DNA from: Acidimicrobiia bacterium
GTDB taxonomy: Bacteria; Actinomycetota; Acidimicrobiia; Spongiisociales; ZC4RG35
Reading direction: 5' to 3'
Length of the DNA: 64,000 bases
NCBI GenBank assembly: GCA_965203555.1
Contig: CBDBCY010000004.1
Coordinates: 1,600,001 to 1,664,000 of the forward strand
Part shown: positions 30,131 through 40,190 of the stretch, piece by piece
Position numbering within the stretch: position 1 is the first letter of the stretch
How the letters are laid out: each line of letters starts with the position of its first letter
Made by a program: the position numbers and the translations under genes
The notes under the pieces: generated by a model
Told to the model about the DNA's origin: nothing
The model's input: the letters and a program-made list of their open reading frames with translations, nothing else
Database searches by the model: none

Positions 30131-30781
30131 ATGCCTGTGACGGGGCTTTCACCCGACCACATCTTCTCGCGCATCCACCGACGCTACGACCGGCTGAACC
30201 GGGTCCTCTCTCTCGGCCAGGATCAAGCCTGGAGGAAGCGGGGCATCGATCTACTCCCCGATGGCCTGATCCTGGATCTGGGCGCCGGCACCGGGGTGGC
30301 AATGTCGCTGTTCCGGGCGGACCACCGGGTTGTGGCTCTCGATCCGGTCTGGCCGATGCTCTCTGTCAATCCCTCGCCTCATCGGGTGGTGGGGAAAGGA
30401 GAGCATCTACCTTTCGGGAATGAGACTTTCGACGGCATATGGTCCGCTTTCGTATTCCGCAACCTCGAATCGGTGGACCAGACCCTGGAGGAGGCAGCGC
30501 GCGTGCTGCGTCCGGGAGGGAAGATGGTGGTGGTTGATGCCGCCAGGCCCACCGGTCGGCTGGCCAGGACGCTGCACCGGATGGGAACCTCCGTCTTCAG
30601 CCCACTGGTGGGGCTGATGGCGGGGGCGGTCCGGGAGTACTGGTATTTCCACCGCTCTTTGGACAAACTCCCTCATCCCGAAGAGATGTTCAACCACGGA
30701 GAACTGCGGGTCGACAAGCTGTGGAGAATGGGGCTGTTGGGCGGGGTGTACGGAGTGATCCTGGTGAAACACCGGGATTGA
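30131..30781 (+). CDS. SAM-dependent methyltransferase, UbiE/MenG-like
   Basis: YDRLNRVLSLGQDQAWR, LDLGAGTG, LPFGNETFD, RVLRPGG. Confidence 0.8.
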   Translation: MPVTGLSPDHIFSRIHRRYDRLNRVLSLGQDQAWRKRGIDLLPDGLILDLGAGTGVAMSLFRADHRVVALDPVWPMLSVNPSPHRVVGKGEHLPFGNETFDGIWSAFVFRNLESVDQTLEEAARVLRPGGKMVVVDAARPTGRLARTLHRMGTSVFSPLVGLMAGAVREYWYFHRSLDKLPHPEEMFNHGELRVDKLWRMGLLGGVYGVILVKHRD

Positions 30782-30808
30782 AATCGCACAGACGCTTCTC
30801 GATTAGAA

Positions 30809-31077
30809 GCGTGCACCCCGCTTTCGGGCTCGACACCTCCGGTCGGTCGACAAACCGCTCGCTCGGACCAGGCACCCCCGTGGCGCCCGGGCAATTCGCT
30901 TAGGGCTGCTTCCTTCCGGACCTGACCCGGTTCACGACCACCCTGACTCACGGGACCCGGTCGTCATCGCCGCGCTTTTGCCTCCAAACCAGGGCTCGCC
31001 ACCCTCCAGCGGGGAGTTCGGCCCCGCATGTAGAGGATTTCAGGTTCAGGGAACCCCTAGCGCCCCGCTTAGCACGC
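30809..31077 (-). ncRNA. ffs: Large (Alu-domain) bacterial SRP RNA
   Basis: Helix 8 GGGTCAGGTCCGGAAGGAAGCAGCCC; 5' Alu-like GCGTGCTAAGCGGGG..CCCTGAACCTGAAATCC; terminal pairing GCGTGC/GCACGC; ~270 nt. Confidence 0.93.
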
Positions 31078-31111
31078 CGTTCAGACCCTACCACGCTCCG
31101 ATGTGGCAGGA

Positions 31112-31585
31112 TCAGCCATTACCGCCTCGTTTGCTGCTGAAGAAGGACCGCAAAAGCTCGGCGCTTCGAACGGCGCCCACTCCCGCCACTATCTCGCACC
31201 GGTGGTTGAGGCGCTGGTCGCCGGGGATGTTGTACAGACTCAAAGCCGCCCCCGCCTTCGGGTCGGCCGCTCCGTACACGATCCGCCTGATCCGACCGGA
31301 GACGGCGGCGCCGGCACACATCGAACAGGGCTCCAGGGTGACGTACAGGGTGTGTCCCAGCAAACGCCACGAACCCAACCGCCGGGCCGCCTCGGACAAC
31401 ACCAACACCTCGGCATGGGCGGTGGGGTCCTGCCGTTCCTCCCGCCGGTTGTGATCCGAAGCCACCACCTCACCGTCGGCGTCAACTATCACCGCCCCCA
31501 CCGGCACGTCGCCATGCTCCGGCGCCAGGGCCGCCTCTGCCAGCGCCACTTCCATGAAGCGCATGTGATCAGTCGAATCTGGCAT
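31112..31585 (-). CDS. tadA: tRNA adenosine(34) deaminase
   Basis: DVPVGAV, DPTAHAE, LYVTLEPCSMCAGA, YGAADPKAG. Confidence 0.96.
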   Translation of the reverse strand: MPDSTDHMRFMEVALAEAALAPEHGDVPVGAVIVDADGEVVASDHNRREERQDPTAHAEVLVLSEAARRLGSWRLLGHTLYVTLEPCSMCAGAAVSGRIRRIVYGAADPKAGAALSLYNIPGDQRLNHRCEIVAGVGAVRSAELLRSFFSSKRGGNG

Positions 31586-31670
31586 ATTCTCCGAGTCCTC
31601 CGGCGATCTGCTTTGCTAATGTTCGGGTCGAACTGAAGCGTTCTTAAAACATATCCGAATTATGGATGCT

Positions 31671-31764
31671 GGAGGGATCGCATAGTCTGGTCTAGTGCGC
31701 GGCACTGGAAATGCCGTTGGGGGTGACCACCCCCTCGTGGGTTCGAATCCCACTCCCTCCGCCA
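31671..31764 (+). tRNA. tRNA-Ser(GGA)
   Basis: Acceptor GGAGGGA/TCCCTCC, anticodon arm CGGCA-CTGGAAA-TGCCG, long variable arm, CCA. Confidence 0.96.
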
Positions 31765-31804
31765 GCGTCAAGGAGTAACCACTCCGTTCGAAGCTAAACC
31801 GAAA

Positions 31805-31897
<93 letters not shown>

Positions 31898-32019
31898 AGC
31901 CTGCCATGGCCCATCTAGGCCCGTTCGTGTAGTCCATGAAACACACAGCAGATAAGATCCTTCGTGTATGACCACAAGGTCCAAGCGGCCGCCAAGAACA
32001 ACCCGCACTCCCAGATCCA

Positions 32020-32622
32020 ATGACCGACGCCGTTGATGCTCCCGCCGCGATTCGCAGAGCCGCCGACGGGTTCCGCGCCGCCGCTATCTCCGCGTCCCAT
32101 GCCGTCGCCGGAAGCCCCTACGCCGTTGACCCCGATGGTGCCGCGGACATCTTTCACATTGAGCTCGAGGCCGTAGCCGACGCCCTAGCGTCCGCCGACG
32201 CGGCCGCTCCCCTGGCCGGCCCGCTGGCTGTAGCTCTCGATACGTTAGCCAGCGGCCTGTCCTACATCGCTGACAGCGATCCAGACACCTCCCGCGCTGT
32301 CGACAGCGCAAGCGCTTCCGCGTTCCTCGCCCTCGCCGATGCTCTCGACGGCCTGCCCGCTACCCTCGATGACCTCTCCGACGACTATCGGCCTCTCGTC
32401 ACATACCAGGCGGCCAAGACCCGAGCGGACGCGCGAATAGTGGCCCACGCGTTCGGCGACCTGCTTGCTGCGCACCACGATGTGGATGAAGTCGTTGACC
32501 TCGACGAAGCCGCCTACGAGATCTACAGCGACCGAGAGGCCGCCACCCGCTTCGTCGTGTGCGACACAGCCGCTGCCCTAGCCAGCGCTCACGCCCGACG
32601 CAAGGGCGGAGAAGCGCGATGA
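32020..32622 (+). CDS. Hypothetical Ala/Asp-rich protein
   Basis: 200-aa ORF with GCC/GAC codon bias just after tRNA-Ser; no family recognised. Confidence 0.5.
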   Translation: MTDAVDAPAAIRRAADGFRAAAISASHAVAGSPYAVDPDGAADIFHIELEAVADALASADAAAPLAGPLAVALDTLASGLSYIADSDPDTSRAVDSASASAFLALADALDGLPATLDDLSDDYRPLVTYQAAKTRADARIVAHAFGDLLAAHHDVDEVVDLDEAAYEIYSDREAATRFVVCDTAAALASAHARRKGGEAR

Positions 32623-32771
32623 TAGATGCCGCCGCCTGAGAGCAAACAAACCGACCGCGACGCGTTATGACAGATATTCCACCTGTCTCACGCGGGATGC
32701 TAGCGCCGAACCCCCTGCTAGATGATCTGCCCCCCGTCGGGTTGTGCGGCATATTTCGGGAATATCAGTCA

Positions 32772-32797
32772 TGAAGTGGGCCCCATTTTGCGGGACA
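32772..32797. mobile_element. Possible isolated IS3-family terminal inverted repeat
   Basis: TGAAGTGGGCCCCATTTTGCGGGACA has the TG..CCCC..GGACA shape of IS3-type ends; no partner end or transposase seen. Confidence 0.35.
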
Positions 32798-33126
32798 GGT
32801 GTGGGCAAGGTATGACAGCACCGACCGTTGTCGGGGGTGGGCGCTCCTGAGTCACCCGTTAGTGTGGCTCGACCTTAAGCCACGCGCGGGGGATCTGAGG
32901 GGCAAGGGAGTTTCGTAGCCTTCGCGGCGGGGAAATGCTGTGTTGATAATGCTTTAATGTTGCGGTTAATGCATTTTGGTGGAGCGAATCCGTGTTTTGC
33001 GACAATATTGTTTTCGGAGTGAGGTGTACCCATCTGGAAAACAGCGTTGTAAGGGGCGATCTTGTTGCAATGGTGTTTGCATAGCGATGACGGACGACAA
33101 TATAATGAATAATACGACAATAAAAA

Positions 33127-34923
33127 ATGGGGTTATTATCAAAGATGCTGACGGTAGCAGAACTTCAAGGATTGCTCCCGCGTCTAGACGGGGCACCCGC
33201 TGACGACCTGGAATCTGAGAACCTGGAGTTCAAATCGTGGCAGCCGCATGGGCGAGCCTACAAGGAACAATTACGGAAGATTCGAGAGACCGTTGTTGCG
33301 TTTGCCAACGCAAGGGGAGGACTCTTGGTGCTTGGGGTGGAAGATCGCAACAGGTCTCGGGCCGAAGCTATCCACGGTGTAGGCAGTCTTGATGAGAACC
33401 GTCTTCGCCGTGACATTTACGACGGCACCGATCCTCACATCCTGGTAGAGGTCGAACCATTGTCTGAGCCGGAGGGCCGACTCTTGGTGATACGCGTTCC
33501 CGCCGGCATCCCTCCTCACACGACTACCGACGGAGTCGGTCGGATTCGGGTAGGGAAGGAGAACAAGCCTCTGACTGGAGCGAATCTTGCCCGATTAGTG
33601 GTATCTCGTGGACAGCGTGATCTCACTGCCGAGGTGCTCCCGGGAGCTAAGCCCTCCGATTTAGACCCGGATCAGATTCGCTTGTTGCGGATGACTGTTG
33701 AAGCGGATCCAGAGCCCCTCCATCCGTCTGGTCTCGATGGACAACGTCGTCTAGCAGCCCTGTCGGACACCGATTTATTAGAGGCTCTGGGATTGACTTC
33801 GGGAAATGAGATCACTATGGCTGCAATGCTCCTGGTTGGGCGCAAACCCATGCTGGCACAGTACGCCCCGCGACACGAACTCATCTTCTCCTATAGGAGG
33901 GAATCTACCCGCAACGACCTCAGAAGAGACCTAAGGGGCCCCCTTCTGCAGACCTTGGAGGAGATCCAGCGTTTACTGTCTGCCAATCTTCGGATGGAGA
34001 CAGTTGACCCAAGAGGCTTTGCCCAGCTTGAGATACCTGATATGACTTGGTGGGTTGCTCGAGAAGCGGTGCTCAATGCACTGGTCCACCGTGACTATTT
34101 CGTTAATCAGTCAATCCACATGGACCTCTACGATGATCGTGTCGAAGTTATCAGTCCGGGAGGGTTCATAGGCGGAATAACAGAACGTAACATCCTCCGT
34201 CACCCTCCGGTTCGGCGTAACCCTCTCTTGGCGGATGTGCTCCAGACTATCCGGCTCGTCAATCGCCAAGGTCTCGGGGTAGACCGCATCTTCGAGGAAT
34301 TGTTGCTACTAGGTAAGAACCCGCCGAGATATCAGGCTGACGAGTCCCATGTCAAATTGGTGCTCCCGACTAGGACGCATGCCGAGTTCGCACGATTTGT
34401 CTATGAGATGAATCGCAAAGGGGAGACTCTGCGACTTGACGACCTGATGGTACTTCGGGGGCTGCTCAGGCATAGGTCGTTGGATAGATGGTCTGCGGCC
34501 GATCTTCTGCAACTCCCCGAGGAAGATGCATCGGCCCGATTGGTCTCTCTCCGCCATCGGGGGTTCATTGTGGCGCAAGGCAGGGGACGCGGTACTAGCT
34601 ACCGACTTGCCCGCCGCCACGCTGAACTTCTTGAAAGCGATGACATGTCGGGTGAGGGTGTATGGATGGATGAAGAGTATGTGAGACTACGTGTGTTGGC
34701 CATTCTTTTCGAACGTAGTCGATTGACCAACGCCGAGATCAGGCGCATCACTGGCTACACCCGCTTCCAGGTCTTGAGGCTTATGGGTGCCCTTCGGCAA
34801 GAGGGCCACGCTGAAGTCAAGGGACGAGGACGAGGTGCCCACTACGTGCCAGTCGGTGAATACAGCCATGCAAGTCGATCAGGTTCCAAAGGGGGCAGCA
34901 TGGGGATAAGACCAGAGGTCTAA
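33127..34923 (+). CDS. Schlafen/AlbA_2 domain protein with HATPase_c_4 (RecG C-terminal-like) and wHTH domains
   Basis: ESENLEFKS, VAFANARGGLLVLGVED, REAVLNALVHRDY, EVISPGGF, RNPLLA, GRGRGTSY, GRGRGAHY; lower GC than its neighbours. Confidence 0.85.
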   Translation: MGLLSKMLTVAELQGLLPRLDGAPADDLESENLEFKSWQPHGRAYKEQLRKIRETVVAFANARGGLLVLGVEDRNRSRAEAIHGVGSLDENRLRRDIYDGTDPHILVEVEPLSEPEGRLLVIRVPAGIPPHTTTDGVGRIRVGKENKPLTGANLARLVVSRGQRDLTAEVLPGAKPSDLDPDQIRLLRMTVEADPEPLHPSGLDGQRRLAALSDTDLLEALGLTSGNEITMAAMLLVGRKPMLAQYAPRHELIFSYRRESTRNDLRRDLRGPLLQTLEEIQRLLSANLRMETVDPRGFAQLEIPDMTWWVAREAVLNALVHRDYFVNQSIHMDLYDDRVEVISPGGFIGGITERNILRHPPVRRNPLLADVLQTIRLVNRQGLGVDRIFEELLLLGKNPPRYQADESHVKLVLPTRTHAEFARFVYEMNRKGETLRLDDLMVLRGLLRHRSLDRWSAADLLQLPEEDASARLVSLRHRGFIVAQGRGRGTSYRLARRHAELLESDDMSGEGVWMDEEYVRLRVLAILFERSRLTNAEIRRITGYTRFQVLRLMGALRQEGHAEVKGRGRGAHYVPVGEYSHASRSGSKGGSMGIRPEV

Positions 34924-35056
34924 ACCGGGATGACAAACGCCGTCATCGTGCAGGTAAACCCATTGGCGTAAGCAGGCCGACAGATCAACAGAAAGGCACA
35001 ACCGGCCAGGTAGGTGTCGAGTCAGACCCGCCCCCGGTCTAGGGTATTAAGTATGA

Positions 35057-35136
35057 GTGGTTGGTCTTGGTGAGGTGGAACTGGTAGGGGTGGAGGAGCT
35101 GGCGGGCGATCGGTTGAGAGTGACGATCAGATCCCG
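35057..35136 (+). mobile_element. Short ISL3-like transposase N-terminal fragment at the breakpoint of the dioxygenase gene
   Basis: VVGLGEVELVGVEELAGDRLRVTIRSR resembles actinobacterial ISL3 N-termini and abuts the truncated gene. Confidence 0.45.
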
Positions 35137-35676
35137 CACCAGTTCAAGATCAACGCCAACGCGGCCTTCGACGGCGCGGCGTCGCAGTGGCGCCAGGACT
35201 ACGCCACCTGGCAGCGCCACGACGACATACCCGAGCCGCGGGCCATGCACATCGCTGTCTTCCTCGACGACGTGATGCTCATTCCGGGCACCCACAAGCT
35301 CGGCGTGCTCGAGGCCGGCCACGATCTGGAGACCACGACCTACCCGCTCTGGTGCCTGGACCGTGAGACCGTCAGCGAGCCGGCCTCCAGCGGCGGTGTG
35401 GTCGCCCCGACCGGCAAGGCCGGCTGCGTGCTGATGTTCCACTCCAACATGGCGCACGCCGGCCCGCCCGACATCAGCCCCTTGAGCCGGGTCATCGACT
35501 ACCTGAGCCTCTGTGAGGTCTCGAACCACATCCGCAGGTTCCGGCGCGCCGAGTGGCGGGCCCTGCGCGACTTCCCGCCGATCGAGCCGCTGGCCGACGA
35601 CTGCCTGGAGGAGTTGGCGCGCCTCCGGGACTCGACTCCCGATCAGTACGCACGCGGCCATAGTCTGGATCCATAG
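35137..35676 (+). pseudogene. 5'-truncated PhyH/ectoine-hydroxylase-like 2OG-Fe(II) dioxygenase
   Basis: HQFKINANAAFDG..QWRQDY (HxD changed to RxD), AVFLDDVMLIPGTHK (NGPL segment missing), TGKAGCVLMFHSN; N-terminus absent. Confidence 0.78.
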
Positions 35677-35677
35677 C

Positions 35678-37040
35678 ATGAACCTTTTCCGGCTACTGCA
35701 GGAGCGCGTCGCTGAGGGCCGCCCCGTCACCGTCGGCCTGATCGGAGCCGGCAAGTTCGGCTCGATGTTCCTGGCCCAGGCCAGGCACACGCCCGGGCTC
35801 CGTGTGGCGGCCATCGCCGACCTCGACCCGGACCGGGCCCGCGCCGCCCTGGCCGAGACCGGCTGGACCGGGGAGACCCGGCGGGGCTGCTCGCCTTCGG
35901 CCGCTCCGGACCAAGACGACGATCCACTTGACCGACGATGCTCTCGAGCTGGTCGCCGCCGACGGTCTGGAGGTCGTGGTCGACGCCACCGGCAACCCCC
36001 CGGCCGGCCTGGCCCACGCTCGCACCGCCATCGCCAACGGCAAGCACATTGTCATGGCCAACGTCGAAGCAGACGTCCTGGCCGGCCCGCTGCTGGCCGC
36101 CGAGGCCCGCCGGGCCGGGCTGGTCTACTCGATGGCCTACGGCGACCAGCCGGCGCTGATCTGCGAGATGGTCGATTGGGCGCAAGCGGCGGGCCTCGGC
36201 GTGGTCGCGGCGGGCAAGGGCACCAAGTACCTGCCGAGCTTCCACGACTCCACGCCCGAGACGGTCTGGGACGGCTACGGCATCTCCCCCGAACGGGCCG
36301 CCGAGGGCGGTATGAACCCGCAGATGTTCAACTCATTCCTCGACGGCACGAAGTCGGCGATCGAGATGGCCGCGGTGTCCAATGCCACCGGCCTGACGCC
36401 GGCGCCGGAGGGACTGGGATTCCCGCCGGCCGGCACCGACCAGCTCGCACAGGTCTTGCGACCGCGTGCCGAGGGCGGCACGCTGCACCACAAGGGCCAG
36501 GTGGAGGTGGTCTCGTCGCTGCATCGAAACGGCGAGCCGGTCGAGCGCGACCTGCGCTGGGGCGTCTACGTGGTTTTCGAGGCGCCCAGCGACTACACGG
36601 CGCGCTGCTTCGCCGAGTACGGTCTCGTGACCGACCGCAGCGGCCGCTACAGCGCGACCTACAAGCCCTACCATCTGATCGGCCTGGAGGTCGGCGTGTC
36701 AGTGTTGAGTGCGGCCCTGCGGGGCGAACCGACCGGTACGCCCGCCGGGTTTGTCGGCGATGCCGTGGCTGTCGCCAAGCGACACCTCCGCGCGGGCGAC
36801 AGCCTCGACGGCGAGGGGGGTTTCACCGTCCGGGGTCGGCTGATGCCGGCCGGCGACAGCCTCGCCTTGGGAGCCCTGCCGATAGGCCTCGCCCACAACG
36901 TGCCCGTGGTCAACGACGTGCCCAAGGGCAGCCTGGTCACCTGGGCCGACGTGAGGGTCGACGAGACCAGCGACGCAGTGAGGACCCGCCGCGACATGGA
37001 GGCCCGCCTCGCCCCGACCCGCGTCGCCGCGACGGCATAG
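35678..37040 (+). pseudogene. NAD(P)-dependent oxidoreductase with C-terminal SAF domain (homoserine-dehydrogenase-like), frameshifted
   Basis: VGLIGAGKFGSMF in one frame; VVVDATG..NVEADVLAGP..GDQPALI..FLDGTKSAIEM..LDGEGG in another; shift at about 35880-35925. Confidence 0.82.
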
Positions 37041-37414
37041 GCGTGATACCCGCAGCCCTTCTCACGGCCTGAGCGATCCCCAGCACCGGACCGGTGTGTG
37101 GGAATATCCATTTACAGCCCCCGGTGTGTGTTTGATCACTGGCGATGAGGTCGGAGGTCGACGTTGGCTTCGCGGTTTCGGCGTCTCGCTGGACATGTCT
37201 TCCAATTTCGGCCGGTACCTCCCCACAGCCGGTCTTCCTGCCAAAACCAGGCGGATTTCCTTTCCAACCTTCTCTTGTGCGACGCCCCGACCTAGGAAAC
37301 CGCGATTTGGCGCGTGCCCAGGTAGGTGACACTGCTTGGTACCACCTCGGTAGGCGCTCCAAGGCTCCGGTGGTTGCAGCGGCGGCCTGAGGCTGGAGGA
37401 ATTGCACCGAGAAG

Positions 37415-37435
37415 TGAGAATGATTATCATTATCA
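37415..37435. promoter_or_regulatory. Fur box
   Basis: GAGAATGATTATCATTATC matches 17/19 of the Fur consensus, about 100 bp upstream of a FecB-like gene. Confidence 0.8.
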
Positions 37436-37533
37436 TTTCTACGAACTCTGGGTGTTTCCTGACGCTCGGCACCTGTTCAGATTGCACTTTGGGACGCTGA
37501 CGGCTAGATCACATTGAAGTGAAGGAGAAACGA

Positions 37534-38760
37534 ATGAACAGATCGGGCCGAATTGGCCGCATACCGCTGGCGCTTCCGGCGGTGTTGACCTTGGTGGTCG
37601 CGATCCTCGCGGCTGCCTGCTCGGACAGGGGGGAGACTGCCTCCCCTCCCACCACCAGTGAAGCGACAACAACTGCCGCGCCAGCCACAACCACCACGGC
37701 GGCGGCGACTACCACGACTCGGGCAGCGACGACAACTACCGCTGCGCCGACGACAACCACCAGGGCGGCAATGACAACTACCGCTGCGCCGACGACAACC
37801 ACCAGGGCGGCAATGACAACTACCGCTGCGCCGACAACTACAACTACGCAGAGCCCCACAACCACCGCCGCCCCGGAGCCCGCCGGAGTGACGATCGAAA
37901 ACTGCGGTGTGGAGGATGTCTACGACGCCGTTCCCCAGCGGGTGGTCGCCACGGACACAAGCGCCCTGGAGGTACTTGTGGCTCTCGGGTTGCAGGACCA
38001 CGTCATCGGCTACTTCGGCGGCACGCCCGACCGGTTGCAGCCTCAGCATCAAGCCCGGGCGGCTCTGGTGGAGCGCCTGGGCGGCAGCTTCCCGTACCCC
38101 TCGCTGGAGGCGGTCCTCGCCCCTGCGCCGGACCTGGTGTTCAGCTACGGATTCAACGAGGGCGTCGGGCTCACCCCGCAGAACCTGCGGGACGCTGATG
38201 TCCACAGCTTCTCTTTCACGGAGGCCTGCCCCGACTTCTCCGGCAACGTGACCCTCGAGGTGATGTTCTCGGACGTTCTCACCGTGGCGCGGATATTCAA
38301 GGTTGAGGACCGCGCCGAGGAACTCATCGCCTCGTGGGAGCAGCAGATCGCGGAGGTCGCCGCGGCGATCCCGGCCGGCGAGAGGGTCCGCGTCTTCTAC
38401 TTCGACTCGGGTGAAGAGGCGCCCTTCACCGCGCTGGCGGGTTCCGTGATGTCGGACATCATCAGCCGCGCCGGCGGGGTGAACATCTTCTCGGAAGCGG
38501 GCGGCACATGGGGCGTCGTGGAGTGGGAAGCCGTAATCGAGGGCGACCCGGAGTTGATCATCTTCGTCGACTACGGCTTCGGCGGCCCGGAGACAAACCG
38601 GGCGTTCCTGGAGTCCGACCCGGCTCTCTCAGGCATGTCGGCGGTGGTGAACGGTCAGTACATGACGCTGACATTCCTCCAAAGCGTGCCGGGGCCACAG
38701 AACCTTGACGGCCTCATCAAGGTGGCGACCGCGGTGCGCGGTCTGAGAGCCAGCGGCTAG
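37534..38760 (+). CDS. Iron-chelate/B12-family ABC substrate-binding lipoprotein with long Thr/Ala stalk
   Basis: Lipobox AAAC, VTIENCG..PQRVV, YPSLEAVLAPAPDLVF, IISRAGGVNIF, VEWEAVIEGDPELII. Confidence 0.88.
   Translation: MNRSGRIGRIPLALPAVLTLVVAILAAACSDRGETASPPTTSEATTTAAPATTTTAAATTTTRAATTTTAAPTTTTRAAMTTTAAPTTTTRAAMTTTAAPTTTTTQSPTTTAAPEPAGVTIENCGVEDVYDAVPQRVVATDTSALEVLVALGLQDHVIGYFGGTPDRLQPQHQARAALVERLGGSFPYPSLEAVLAPAPDLVFSYGFNEGVGLTPQNLRDADVHSFSFTEACPDFSGNVTLEVMFSDVLTVARIFKVEDRAEELIASWEQQIAEVAAAIPAGERVRVFYFDSGEEAPFTALAGSVMSDIISRAGGVNIFSEAGGTWGVVEWEAVIEGDPELIIFVDYGFGGPETNRAFLESDPALSGMSAVVNGQYMTLTFLQSVPGPQNLDGLIKVATAVRGLRASG
37731..37835 (+). repeat. 42-bp tandem repeat, 2.5 copies (TTTAAPTTTTRAAM)
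   Basis: GACAACTACCGCTGCGCCGACGACAACCACCAGGGCGGCAAT at 37731 and 37773; partial copy at 37815. Confidence 0.93.
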
Positions 38761-40179
38761 TTGGCGCCAGGCTTCGCCGCCGAGCTCGGAAATCCCTCTT
38801 CAGCCCGGCGCCGGCCCGTCACACCATCTCGAGAGCCGCAGGTCACGGTGACGACACTCCAAGCGGGCGCCCTGAAGAGCGTCCTGGCCCTGAGCTACCC
38901 GTTCGTAGTCGCCAACCTCTCTCAGATCGCGCTCGGCATAGTCGACACGGCGATGATCAGCCGCGTCTCCACCCAGGCGCTCGCAGCAGCGGCAATTGCA
39001 TCGTCCATCAACGTGGCGGCGGGAATGCTGTTCGGCGGTTGGGCGACCGCCGCACAGGTGATAGCGGCCCGCCGGTACGGTGAGGAACGTCCCGCAGAAG
39101 TCGGGCAGGTGCTGGGGGTGTCGATGCTCGTCGGCATCGGCGCCGGTCTCATCGTCCTCCTGTTTCTGAGCTTCGGGGCGGGCCTGCTCCTCGCCGCGTT
39201 CGACGTGAGCGAGGCCGTGCGGAGTGAGGGCGTTCCGTACCTGCGGGTGCTGGCGTTGGCCGCACCCCTGGCGTCCGCCACGGCCATGTTTCGCGCCGTC
39301 TACGCAGGAGTAGGAGAGACCAAGGTGGCGATGCGCATGGCTGTCCTCGTCAACGCTGTAAATATCCCGTTGAACTATGTCCTGATCTTCGTGGTCGGCT
39401 GGGGTCTCCTCGGGGCGGGCGTCGGTACGGTGATCTCCGTCGCCTTGGGCTGCGTCTACATGGGCCTGTTCGGCTGGAGACGGTTTCGGTACACCTACGA
39501 ACTGTTCCGCGTGGCGCATTTGCGCCACTACCGGGAGGTACTTCCCCGGCTCTGGTCCATCGGTTGGCCCGAGACGGCCATGCTGGTCCTGGGCTATGTC
39601 AACAACGTCCTTGTGCTCGGAATCGTCGCTTCCCTCGGCACAACGGTGATCGCCGGAATGCAGGTGGTCACAAACGTGCAGCAGGTCCTCTGGACAATCA
39701 TCTGGGCGCTTTCCACCGGCGTGTCGATCCTCGTCGGGCAGAGCCTCGGCAGGCGCGACGAGCCCACCGTGGCCATGACCGAAAGGGCGGGGCTCGCGCT
39801 TATGGTCGCCCTGCCGGCGGCCTTCCTGGCGCCCGTGCTCCTCGCAACGTCCCCGGTCCTGCATTTGCTTACCCCCGACAGCGAAGTCGTGGCTGAAGCA
39901 GGGCGCATCCTTCCCATGCTGGCTGTGCAGGTGCCGTTTATGGCCACGAGCATGGTGCTGGCCGCCACGCTGCGCGCCGCCGGGGATTCCAGGTGGATCT
40001 TCTACATGTCCACCGCCTCCAGTTACCTGGTGATGGTGCCACTGGCTTGGCTTCTGGCCGTCAGGGTCGGCTGGGGGCTTACCGGCGTCTATGTCGCCGG
40101 GATCGCCTTCTTCGCCGCCCGGACCGCCGGGACCTGGTGGCGGTACCGGCAGGGACACTGGCGGACGGCGGAGCTGTGA
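38761..40179 (+). CDS. MATE family transporter
   Basis: LSYPFVVANLSQIALGIVDTAMI, GETKVAM..VNIPLNYVLIF, ILVGQSLG, LRAAGDS; start uncertain. Confidence 0.9.
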   Translation: MAPGFAAELGNPSSARRRPVTPSREPQVTVTTLQAGALKSVLALSYPFVVANLSQIALGIVDTAMISRVSTQALAAAAIASSINVAAGMLFGGWATAAQVIAARRYGEERPAEVGQVLGVSMLVGIGAGLIVLLFLSFGAGLLLAAFDVSEAVRSEGVPYLRVLALAAPLASATAMFRAVYAGVGETKVAMRMAVLVNAVNIPLNYVLIFVVGWGLLGAGVGTVISVALGCVYMGLFGWRRFRYTYELFRVAHLRHYREVLPRLWSIGWPETAMLVLGYVNNVLVLGIVASLGTTVIAGMQVVTNVQQVLWTIIWALSTGVSILVGQSLGRRDEPTVAMTERAGLALMVALPAAFLAPVLLATSPVLHLLTPDSEVVAEAGRILPMLAVQVPFMATSMVLAATLRAAGDSRWIFYMSTASSYLVMVPLAWLLAVRVGWGLTGVYVAGIAFFAARTAGTWWRYRQGHWRTAEL

Positions 40180-40190
40180 GGTCCTCGTTG

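Noticed and set aside
37040-37410. Possible cobalamin riboswitch before the Btu/Fec-like operon
   Set aside because: The B12-box and GCCACTG/GGGAAG core motifs were not found; a Fur box is present instead.
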